Of a stretch of DNA of 32,000 nt, positions 8,868 through 16,388 are shown piece after piece. Every line of letters begins with the position of its first letter. Positions within the stretch are counted from its first letter, which is position 1. A program made the translations under genes and the position numbers. The notes under the pieces were generated by a model that saw nothing but the letters and a program-made list of their open reading frames with translations, was not told the DNA's origin and made no database searches. The stretch comes from Acaryochloris marina S15 (GTDB lineage: Bacteria; Cyanobacteriota; Cyanobacteriia; Thermosynechococcales; Thermosynechococcaceae), in assembly GCF_018336915.1 (NCBI RefSeq), contig NZ_CP064923.1, positions 4,950,001-4,982,000 of the forward strand. Reading direction: 5' to 3'.

Positions 8868-9128
8868 ATGGATGCCTATCGTCTAGTTGCCTGTAGCTTT
8901 CATGATGAATTAGAAGCCTGGGCCACACTCCGTCAAACTTGCCAGATCATCTATCGCGATGCAGAAGGACAAGAACAAACCGTAACCAGCAAAATTATCG
9001 ATGTCTATGCAGCCAATCGGGCTGACTTTATCAAGCTCCAAGATGGAACCATCATTCGTCTGGACCACTTAATGTCAGTGAATGATAAACCGATTCAATT
9101 TGCCCATTCACCCTTCTCTTGTTCATGA
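8868..9128 (+). CDS. Rof (YaeO)-like small protein
   Basis: By eye the 86-aa ORF aligns with E. coli Rof: Y-x-x-V/I-x-C-x-x-H/Y-D-x-LE near the N-terminus and RLD-H/K-L/I near the C-terminus. Confidence 0.55.
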   Translation: MDAYRLVACSFHDELEAWATLRQTCQIIYRDAEGQEQTVTSKIIDVYAANRADFIKLQDGTIIRLDHLMSVNDKPIQFAHSPFSCS

Positions 9129-9199
9129 GGTATGGCAAGTTCTGGCATCACTCAAATCTTTGAACTCGATACTGAGAAATCATTTAGGAGAATATCATC

Positions 9200-9478
9200 A
9201 TGGCTAATGTCGAAATTTACACTTGGAGTACTTGTCCTTTCTGTCGTCGTGCCAAGTATTTGCTCGACCAAAAAGGGGTGACCTATACGGAACATGTGCT
9301 CGATGGTGATGAAGCTGCCCGAGATGCCATGGTTGCCCGAGGCACCCAGGGTCGTCGTTCGGTACCGCAGATTTTTATTAATGACCAACATATTGGCGGG
9401 AGTGATACCCTATATGACCTCGAACAGCAGGGCAAATTGGATATCTTACTCAACTCATCCATAGCTTATGCAAGCTGA
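9200..9478 (+). CDS. grxC: Glutaredoxin (Grx3/GrxC type)
   Basis: CPFC active site, TVPQIF-like SVPQIFI, and the GG(S)DD-like motif IGGSDTLY. An AGGAG RBS lies upstream. Confidence 0.9.
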   Translation: MANVEIYTWSTCPFCRRAKYLLDQKGVTYTEHVLDGDEAARDAMVARGTQGRRSVPQIFINDQHIGGSDTLYDLEQQGKLDILLNSSIAYAS

Positions 9479-9504
9479 TCATAGACATCCTCAATCAGGC
9501 CCCT

Positions 9505-10140
9505 TCAACGAGGCCGGAATATTTCTGGTACTTGATGAAATGGAGGGGGCTGGGAGAGATGATCGGCTATGAACGAGCAGGAAAATGCAATGCTAAGGAT
9601 GAAAATAATTCCTCGTCTGATGTTGAGCATCAAATTGTGTTGCTGTCGTACAGTGAGTCGTTGTCTCAAAATGATTCGGAATAAATCACTCCGAGTACGC
9701 TCTACTTCTACCCAGAAGGATATCCAGAAAATTACGAGGATGATGAGCGGTAACACCAATCTATCTTGAGCTGAACCATATTCCATATCCCCCGAAGACA
9801 AAAGCAAAAGGTGGAAGCCATACCAAAAGATAGACCAACACCCAAAAAAGATCAGCACTGAAGGATGTGGGGTAAGGGTTAAATGAATAACGGTGCCCCC
9901 TGAAAATGATTCAAACCGTCCCTTGATGTAAGGTTCGCTGGCATTTGGACGACCGACAGGAATGCGGTTCATCTTAAAACCAGACTGTGTCACTGATCCT
10001 TCATAGGGGGCATGGTTAAGGTCATATGTTGAGCGAAATGTTTTGGGAGGCTCTATTTGGGCTTCCAATCTCTCCATCACTGTTTGCAACGGGTCGGAAG
10101 TTTGAATTACAAAGCGATCGCGAGGTAAAAGGTGAACCAT
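9505..10140 (-). CDS. Membrane protein of unknown family, paralog 1 of 3
   Basis: The start is set at ATG 10140 (MVHLLPRDRF...) by alignment with paralogs 2 and 3. It has a soluble N-terminal domain of about 95 aa, about 3 hydrophobic helices, and a conserved tail PPP..(E/Q)VPE.FR. Confidence 0.65.
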   Translation of the reverse strand: MVHLLPRDRFVIQTSDPLQTVMERLEAQIEPPKTFRSTYDLNHAPYEGSVTQSGFKMNRIPVGRPNASEPYIKGRFESFSGGTVIHLTLTPHPSVLIFFGCWSIFWYGFHLLLLSSGDMEYGSAQDRLVLPLIILVIFWISFWVEVERTRSDLFRIILRQRLTVRQQHNLMLNIRRGIIFILSIAFSCSFIADHLSQPPPFHQVPEIFRPR

Positions 10141-10477
10141 AGATGATCCCTCACTCTTTAAACTTTTAGAAACAACAAATGAATGCCAGTGGGACTGAGC
10201 AGATGCGAAATCGCATGGCATGATTTTTCAGAAGCAGGTCAGTCAAATCGGAGAGCAAACTGAGAGACTGGCCATCTGTATCTAACGTTTTTGCCTGAAG
10301 CAATACTTATCGATCCGTTGGCCCTAGAAGCACTGTCTCTTAAACGATTTGATGCTGGTTTGTCCGCAGCTTTCTTATCAGTGCAGATCGCGATTGAACA
10401 TACTTGCGAGCATGACTTATTCCGTTTAATCGATAAGCTCGGGCACACAGATAACTGGCGGCCCCTATCCATCTCCA

Positions 10478-11104
10478 TTACTGAGACCGGAATGATTCGG
10501 GCACTTCTTTTGCTGGAGGTGGCTCGGAGATATGGGTTGATATCGACAAGAAGGAAAATATGATAACAAAGGCAACACCTTGAAGGAAGAAGAGTTTTTG
10601 GTGCTGATGCTGCCGTGATTTAGGGACTTGACCCACTATCATTTCCAGCAAATCATTATGGCTGCGCTCCACCTCTAACCAAAAACTGATCCAGAAGAGC
10701 CCTAGCATGAATAAGGGCATTCCCAGAGAAAGAAGAGCTACCGTATCGGTTATACTCCCTGAAATCCACATTGATAGAGAAGCGCTGTACCAAAAGAGAG
10801 GCCAAACCACCAAAAAGCTCATGTCGAAAAAGTGGAGTTTCATGGTTATGTGCACTGACGTTCCTCCTAAAGGTGTTTCAAAGTAACCTTCGATGCGGGG
10901 AATAAAAGAGTCGCGGCCCACGGGAATCCGGTGCATCGTAAAGCCTGACTCTGAAACAGATCCTTCATAAGGTGCATGGTTACGGCCAAATGACCGCCTC
11001 AGTGTCTTTGGGGGTTCTAGTTGGGTGTCCAGTCTTGCTATAACAGCTTGCAATGCATCGGGAGTCTGGATAATAAAGCGATCGCGCGGTAAAAGTTGAA
11101 CCAT
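10478..11104 (-). CDS. Membrane protein of unknown family, paralog 2 of 3
   Basis: MVQLLPRDRFIIQTPDALQAVIARL..., same architecture as paralog 1, tail EPPPAKEVPESFRSQ. Confidence 0.7.
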   Translation of the reverse strand: MVQLLPRDRFIIQTPDALQAVIARLDTQLEPPKTLRRSFGRNHAPYEGSVSESGFTMHRIPVGRDSFIPRIEGYFETPLGGTSVHITMKLHFFDMSFLVVWPLFWYSASLSMWISGSITDTVALLSLGMPLFMLGLFWISFWLEVERSHNDLLEMIVGQVPKSRQHQHQKLFFLQGVAFVIIFSFLSISTHISEPPPAKEVPESFRSQ

Positions 11105-11417
11105 AGATGATCACTCACTTTTTAAGTTGTTTGAAACGACACATGAATACCAGTGGTACTGAGCAGGTGTGATGTTGGATGGCATGATTTTCCAGAAATA
11201 GGTCAGTCGAATCGAAGAGCAAACTGAGAGACTGGCCATCTGTACCTAACGTTTTTGACAGATGTAATCCTTATCAATCAGTTGGCCCCATCCTTCAACT
11301 GGCTTGCCCCAGCTTCGATGTAGTGGAGATCGCGATTGAAGATACTTGCGAGCATGACTTATTCCGTTTATCGATAGCTCGGGCACACAGATAACTGGCG
11401 GCCCCTATCCATCTCCA

Positions 11418-12047
11418 TTACTGAGACCGGAATGATTCGGGTACTTCTCTTGCTGGAGGTGGCTCAGAATGGCTGACCATAAATATGAAGGGAAATATAC
11501 CACTGATAACGAAGGCGGTTCCACGCAGGAGGAAGAATTTTTGAAGCCGATGCTGCCGTGACTTAGGAACTTGCCCGACTATGATTTTCAGTAAATCATT
11601 ATGGCTGCGCTCCACCTCAAACCAGAAACTAATCCAGAAGACAAATAACACGAACAAGGGTAATCCTAGGACCAGTAGAGCTTCAGTAGCAGCAACACTC
11701 CCTGAAAGGCAAACTGCTAAAGCGCCGCTGTAAAACAAGAGAAACCACATCACGAGAAAGCTCATGACGAAAGGGTGGAGCTTCATGGTTATGCGCACTA
11801 CAGTTCCCCCTGAAGGTGTCTCAAAATGACCTTTGATCTGGGGGATAAAGGAGTTGCGGCCCTCAGGAATTCGGTGCATTGTAAAACCTGATTCCGAAAT
11901 AGATCCTTCATAAGGTGCGTGGTTACGGTTAAATGACCACCGCAATGCCTTCGGAGGTTCTACATTGGTTTCCAGTCTCGCGATAACAGCTTGCAATGCA
12001 TCGGGAGTCTGGATAATAAAGCGATCGTGCGGTAAAAGATTAACCAT
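11418..12047 (-). CDS. Membrane protein of unknown family, paralog 3 of 3
   Basis: MVNLLPHDRFIIQTPDALQAVIARL..., same architecture as paralog 1, tail EPPPAREVPESFRSQ. Confidence 0.7.
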   Translation of the reverse strand: MVNLLPHDRFIIQTPDALQAVIARLETNVEPPKALRWSFNRNHAPYEGSISESGFTMHRIPEGRNSFIPQIKGHFETPSGGTVVRITMKLHPFVMSFLVMWFLLFYSGALAVCLSGSVAATEALLVLGLPLFVLFVFWISFWFEVERSHNDLLKIIVGQVPKSRQHRLQKFFLLRGTAFVISGIFPFIFMVSHSEPPPAREVPESFRSQ

Positions 12048-12620
12048 AGTTGATCACTCACTTTTAAGTTTTTTGAAACGACAAATTAATGCCAGTGGTG
12101 CTGTACAGGTAGGATTTCAGATGGAATGATTGTCTAGAAACAGATCAGTCAAATCAGAGAGCAGACTGAGAAACTGGGCATCTGACCTTAGATTTCGCGT
12201 CAGAAGCAATACTTTATTACTCAGTCACCCTCATCCGAAGGGTCTCTTCTTAGATTTGATACTGGTTATATCCTGCCAGCCACTGCCTTTCAGTTCTGAT
12301 AGCGGTTAAATTTTCTTGCTATCGCTAGAACAGAGTTTCGATGAGCGGCTTCTTCACTGACATACAAAGAAGTAATCTTTTTTCCTCAGATTGCTTCTTC
12401 AAAATCTATGGTCTAACATTCATGACTTAAATGCAGTGATCGGCATCATATTGTGGGTGTCATCTCAGCTATAACCACCTCAAATGTCTTATGCCAGACA
12501 ATTAGTGGACTTCAATGTGCAGTTTAGTGCCATTTGTACATTCCAGAATTAATGGTTCAGTTGGCTCTTTATTGCTCAATAGTGACTTCTATAGATCTAC
12601 AGATAAAGATCCGTGATTAG

Positions 12621-13073
12621 CTAGGCAGCTTGTGTACCCAAGGTTTTGCAATATTTGCCCATTAAGACAGTAATTTCATTGGGAGTCTGACTAAAGTACA
12701 GTAGCCCCTCATCGACCTGCTGAACTAAGTCATCAAATTGCTTGAAGAACCGTAGGTGTGTGCTGCGTTTTTTGAGTTTCTTCCACAAGAATTCAATTGG
12801 GTTGAAGTCAGGAGAATATGTGGGTAATTGGAAAGGAGTAAGGCGAGCGGATTGCTGGTCAAAGAACTGCTTAGTTGCTTTACTGGTGTGATATCTAGCC
12901 CCGTCCTGAATGAGAATAATATGCTTGTGAGTCTGCTGGAGTACTTGAGTTAGAAAAGCAGTATACCCTTCAGAATTGAAGCGTCCCGTCTGACCTTGAT
13001 AGAAGAACTGACCAGAATGATAATCAATTAATCCAAACACCTTGTAAGCCTTCCGTTTACCACTGGTGGGCAA
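12621..13073 (-). CDS. IS630 transposase, DDE catalytic part (orfB)
   Basis: Contains ...LIQDGARYHTS...LPTYSPDFNPIEFLWKKLK (DDE_3). This frame is open upstream to about 13148 and there reads FGDEASFAQWGSLSYTWSLRGDQPTLPTSGKRK. It therefore joins orfA by a -1 shift near 13146-13150. Confidence 0.85.
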   Translation of the reverse strand: MPTSGKRKAYKVFGLIDYHSGQFFYQGQTGRFNSEGYTAFLTQVLQQTHKHIILIQDGARYHTSKATKQFFDQQSARLTPFQLPTYSPDFNPIEFLWKKLKKRSTHLRFFKQFDDLVQQVDEGLLYFSQTPNEITVLMGKYCKTLGTQAA

Positions 13074-13108
13074 TGTTGGCTGGTCTCCACGAAGACTCCA
13101 GGTGTAGC

Positions 13109-13705
13109 TTAACGACCCCCACTGCGCAAAACTGGCCTCATCCCCAAATAAATTAGGGCATCTTTGGCTGCTGATAAACGCAAAATCTCAGGCCATTTGT
13201 GTGTCATCCATTCTTGTCGCTTGGCTTCATTGAGATGAGCTGCAACAAACCGTGCTCTTTGAAATGAAAAGCCTAAGTTCCTCAGTAGAGTACTCACATA
13301 ATGGGGATGATAGGAAACATTGAAGCGTTTCGCAATCAGGTCTTGAACCATTAATGCACTCCAACAACCACACTCGTATCCAGCTTTGAGCGGACCTGCT
13401 TTAATCCATGACTTGAGCTGTTGTCGTTGCCGTGGAGTGAGTTTGCTGCGACGTCCTTGAGACGCTTTGTATCTAAAGCTAGCGATACCTCGTTTTAGAA
13501 ATGCATGCAGATAATCCCTGATCGTTTGTTCGCCTAGTGCCAATGTTTCAGCTACCTGTGCCACTGAACCACCTTGACCAAGCTGCAATAAAGCACTAAT
13601 ACGTTTGACCAGACGTAAATTCTGACTCCCGTATGCCTGGCGCAGTTTAGCTTCAATCTTTTTGCGTGTTGATTGGGTAAAGCGCAGTTTGAATTGTGCG
13701 AGCAT
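13109..13705 (-). CDS. IS630 transposase, N-terminal HTH part (orfA)
   Basis: IS630-type wHTH regions are present (VAQVAETLALGEQTIRDYL; HYVSTLLRNLGFSFQRAR). It ends ...DALIYLGMRPVLRSGGR*, where intact homologs read ...LIYFGDEASF. Confidence 0.85.
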   Translation of the reverse strand: MLAQFKLRFTQSTRKKIEAKLRQAYGSQNLRLVKRISALLQLGQGGSVAQVAETLALGEQTIRDYLHAFLKRGIASFRYKASQGRRSKLTPRQRQQLKSWIKAGPLKAGYECGCWSALMVQDLIAKRFNVSYHPHYVSTLLRNLGFSFQRARFVAAHLNEAKRQEWMTHKWPEILRLSAAKDALIYLGMRPVLRSGGR

Positions 13706-13943
13706 ACTGGATGACCTCTGATAATCTTGAAATCCTTGCCAGAGCTAAGAGTATCAGGAGCTAGTTACTATATTTAATGAAGATGTAGTGTCGCTAAAAC
13801 CACGGATGCTTTTCTGAAGATCTATAGCTGGGTAATCTGTCAGATAACACTTAACCGAATTATCGCTACAATAGCATCCGCAGTTGATAATTTTTTTGTG
13901 CGGAATAGATGCCGCTGAGCTATATGTTATTGGGTAAGATGAT

Positions 13944-14468
13944 ATGGCTAAGACTCACACAGTGCTTGAAGTATTCATCGCATCTCCTGGTGACGTAACA
14001 CCGGAACGCGAGGTGTTAGCAAACGTTGTTTCGGAATTCAACGTAACTTGGGGCGATAAACATCACGTACGTCTCGACATCGTCAAATGGGAAACACATT
14101 CACACCCTGCATTTGGCGAAGATGCCCAAGATATAATCAACCGCCAAATAGGAGATGTATACGATATCTTTCTAGGCATCATGTGGGGGAAATTCGGAAC
14201 TGCAACTGCACGAGCGGAGTCCGGTACAGAGGAAGAGTTCCAGCGGGCCTACGACCGACTGAAGAAGGGCGATCGAGTTCAAATAATGTTCTACTTTAAG
14301 GACGCCGGAATTCCGCCTAGCAAGATGGACGGAGAGCAGATTGCAAAAGTGCAAGCGTTCAAGAAAACGATCGCCGACGAATATGGCGGACTATATTGGC
14401 CATTTGAAACGACCGACGAATTTCAAACGAAGGCAAGAATACACCTCAGCAAAGTGGTGCAAGACTAG
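13944..14468 (+). CDS. DUF4062-like (TIR / nucleoside-deoxyribosyltransferase-like Rossmannoid) domain protein
   Basis: The pattern VFIASPGDVTPERE ... DIFLGIMWGKFGT ... SGTEEEFQRA ... IMFYFKD matches the DUF4062 signature I remember (vFiSS..D...ER ... D.fv.i.g.rYG ... S.TE.E...A ... v..F.kd). This was not checked by profile search. The ORF ends at TAG 14466-14468. Confidence 0.55.
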   Translation: MAKTHTVLEVFIASPGDVTPEREVLANVVSEFNVTWGDKHHVRLDIVKWETHSHPAFGEDAQDIINRQIGDVYDIFLGIMWGKFGTATARAESGTEEEFQRAYDRLKKGDRVQIMFYFKDAGIPPSKMDGEQIAKVQAFKKTIADEYGGLYWPFETTDEFQTKARIHLSKVVQD

Positions 14469-14600
14469 CTGGAAGCAAATACCGGTGCTATCGAATCAAA
14501 GACAGTTCCGAAAACAGATGAACCGGAAGCTGAAGAATACAACCCGTTAGCGAACTTTTCTGCACTTGATGATCTTGATGTAAATGAGGGCGTCGTTGAC

Positions 14601-15158
14601 TTGGTAGATCGCGGGATCGAGGCATTGTCTGAAGTTGTCCAGATCGTCAACCGAATGGGTGAAGCAATAACTGACCTCGGAGAGAATTTCACTCGGCGCG
14701 CCAAAGAGGTGGAGGCAAGCAACAATAAGACTGATCGAAAATCTGTAGAGCGAGTTGTGAACAATGCTGCCAACGATCTTGAAGTATTTGTTAAACGAAT
14801 GTCTGTGGAAATTCCCGAATTCTACAAACAGAATACAACTTTCGCTGAGTCCTTCAGCAAGATAGCATTGATATCAGAGAAAGATTTCGATGAAAATGTG
14901 GGTAACGTCGAGACTATTCTCAACACTATGCAGATATACCGGACTGCGATGGATAACAGCTCCAAAAATCTTGTTTCGTTTAGACAGCAGATTCTCAATT
15001 TACCTAGAAGAATAAGTACTCTCAATCAAGCCCGCCGGCGAGCTGCGGCAATAATGGATGACTTAGTAGATCAGTTGCGCGTAGCGTCCAGTCAGGCAGG
15101 GGATATTGAGAAGCTGCTCGAACGCTTGCTGAAGCCTAGTGGCAACGACGCACAATAA
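14601..15158 (+). CDS. All-helical / coiled-coil-like protein of unknown function, in frame with the preceding ORF
   Basis: The 185-aa ORF starts at TTG 14601, with GAGGG about 10 nt upstream. It is in the same frame as 13944-14468, and the 44 codons between the TAG and 14601 contain no stop. The charged heptad-like sequence suggests alpha-helices. I recognise no family. Confidence 0.45.
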   Translation: MVDRGIEALSEVVQIVNRMGEAITDLGENFTRRAKEVEASNNKTDRKSVERVVNNAANDLEVFVKRMSVEIPEFYKQNTTFAESFSKIALISEKDFDENVGNVETILNTMQIYRTAMDNSSKNLVSFRQQILNLPRRISTLNQARRRAAAIMDDLVDQLRVASSQAGDIEKLLERLLKPSGNDAQ

Positions 15159-15412
15159 CAACGCAATGAACGCGGAGTCTCTGACCGCGCATGTTTTGAA
15201 TAGAACGATCACACCGATGGCCTGGTGATCGTAGGCGATACGTAATGCGATATTAATTTCGGAAAAGCGTCATATTTAATTGTTGAATGTACGCCATCCG
15301 TGACAATTTGATAATCAGCGGGCAAGGATAGAGCGACATTCTGTTGTGCAGGTGGCAAGACGACAACGCTACTGTAGAGACAGCCATATCTGCCCTGCCA
15401 TGGAGACTGAGC

Positions 15413-16273
15413 ATGAGTAACGACTATACTCCCCCCAAAGTTTGGCAATGGGATTCTGAAAGCGGAGGGACTTGGGCAAAGATCAACCGCCCCATTGCTG
15501 GGCCGACCCATGATCAAGCTCTACCCATTGGAAAACACCCCTTGCAGCTCTATTCCATGGGAACCCCCAACGGCCAAAAAGTCACCATCATGCTAGAAGA
15601 ACTCTTGGCATTAGGTGAGACGGGGGCCGAATATGATGCCCACTTAATCAAAATTGGGGATGGCGACCAGTTCAGCAGCGGATTTGTTGAGGCCAATCCC
15701 AACTCCAAAATTCCAGCCCTTATGGATCACTCCACCTCCAACCCAATCCGCGTCTTTGAATCAGGAGCAATCCTGCTGTATCTAGCAGAAAAATGCGGCC
15801 AGCTCATACCAACAGAGTACGCAGCCCGCACCGAATGTTTATCCTGGCTCTTTTGGCAGATGGGGTCAGCGCCCTATTTGGGGGGTGGGTTTGGTCATTT
15901 TTATAGCTATGCCCCCATCAAAATTGAATACTGCATCAACCGTTTCACCATGGAGGTGAAGCGCCAGCTCGACGTTCTTAATCGTCATCTCGAAACCCAT
16001 CTCTTTATGGCTGGTGACGATTACTCCATTGCCGATATTGCCATCTGGCCTTGGTATGGCGGAGTAATTCGCAATACTCTATACGACGCCGCAGAATTTA
16101 TCGATGCCCCCTCTTATACCCATGTCGTTCAGTGGGCTCAGGAGATAGCCGATCGCCCAGCGGTCCAGCGGGGCCGCATGGTCAACCGGACTTGGGGAGC
16201 CTTGCCAGAACAGCTCCACGAGCGCCATGATGCCAACGATTTCAATACGAGCACGCAGGATAAGCTTAACTAG
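15413..16273 (+). CDS. yghU: Nu-class glutathione S-transferase, YghU family
   Basis: The match to E. coli YghU as I remember it is very close (PPKVWQWD...GKHPLQLYSMGTPNGQKVTIMLEELLALG..GAEYDAHLIKIGDGDQFSSGFVE.NPNSKIPAL...LHERHDA.DF). The start is set at ATG 15413 (MSNDY); the track start at 15344 is an upstream extension. Confidence 0.9.
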   Translation: MSNDYTPPKVWQWDSESGGTWAKINRPIAGPTHDQALPIGKHPLQLYSMGTPNGQKVTIMLEELLALGETGAEYDAHLIKIGDGDQFSSGFVEANPNSKIPALMDHSTSNPIRVFESGAILLYLAEKCGQLIPTEYAARTECLSWLFWQMGSAPYLGGGFGHFYSYAPIKIEYCINRFTMEVKRQLDVLNRHLETHLFMAGDDYSIADIAIWPWYGGVIRNTLYDAAEFIDAPSYTHVVQWAQEIADRPAVQRGRMVNRTWGALPEQLHERHDANDFNTSTQDKLN

Positions 16274-16341
16274 TAGCTCCCCTTGGGAGGTGATTGACGA
16301 AGGTAGGTGAATCCTTGTTTAGTACAATAAACGCTTTGACG

Positions 16342-16355
16342 TTTTAACGTTAAAA
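16342..16355. promoter_or_regulatory. Perfect 14-bp palindrome TTTTAACGTTAAAA upstream of the toxin-antitoxin operon
   Basis: It lies about 35 bp upstream of the antitoxin start. This is the typical position for an autoregulatory operator of an RHH antitoxin. Confidence 0.4.
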
Positions 16356-16388
16356 TGTTGTGATATCTATATTCATCAGGGCAACTTC

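Larger units (their letters stand above)
9505..12240 (-). repeat. Tandem triplication of gene plus leader (units of about 940-975 bp)
   Basis: The stop codons lie at 9505, 10478 and 11418, giving spacings of 973 and 940 bp. The roughly 190 nt upstream of each start are recognisably homologous (10141-10330, 11105-11300, 12048-12240). Confidence 0.85.
12592..13824 (-). mobile_element. IS630-family insertion sequence (about 1.23 kb) with imperfect TIRs and a TA target duplication
   Basis: The left end is TAGATCTACAGATAAAGATCCGTGATTAGC (12592-12621). The reverse complement of the right end (13793-13824) is TAGATCTTCAGAAAAGCATCCGTGGTTTTAGC. TA flanks both ends (12590-12591, 13825-13826). The element encodes HTH and DDE(DDE_3) transposase halves. 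Confidence 0.85.

Noticed and set aside
10239-10563. Two ORFs in the conserved spacer between paralogs 1 and 2 (10291-10563 plus strand, 90 aa; 10239-10478 minus strand, 79 aa with a TAATG overlap to paralog 2)
   Set aside because: In the homologous spacer at 11328-11417, two 1-nt indels break both frames; the minus-strand version stops after 14 codons. The sequence conservation is therefore not protein-coding.
15159-15200. Hairpin CGCGG-AGTCTCTGA-CCGCG followed by CATGTTTT after the helical ORF
   Set aside because: The stem is only 5 bp and the U-tract is interrupted. That is too weak to call a terminator with confidence.
15209-15517. 102-aa minus-strand ORF
   Set aside because: It is antisense to the start of the well-supported yghU gene. 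It has no recognisable motifs and a low-complexity composition.
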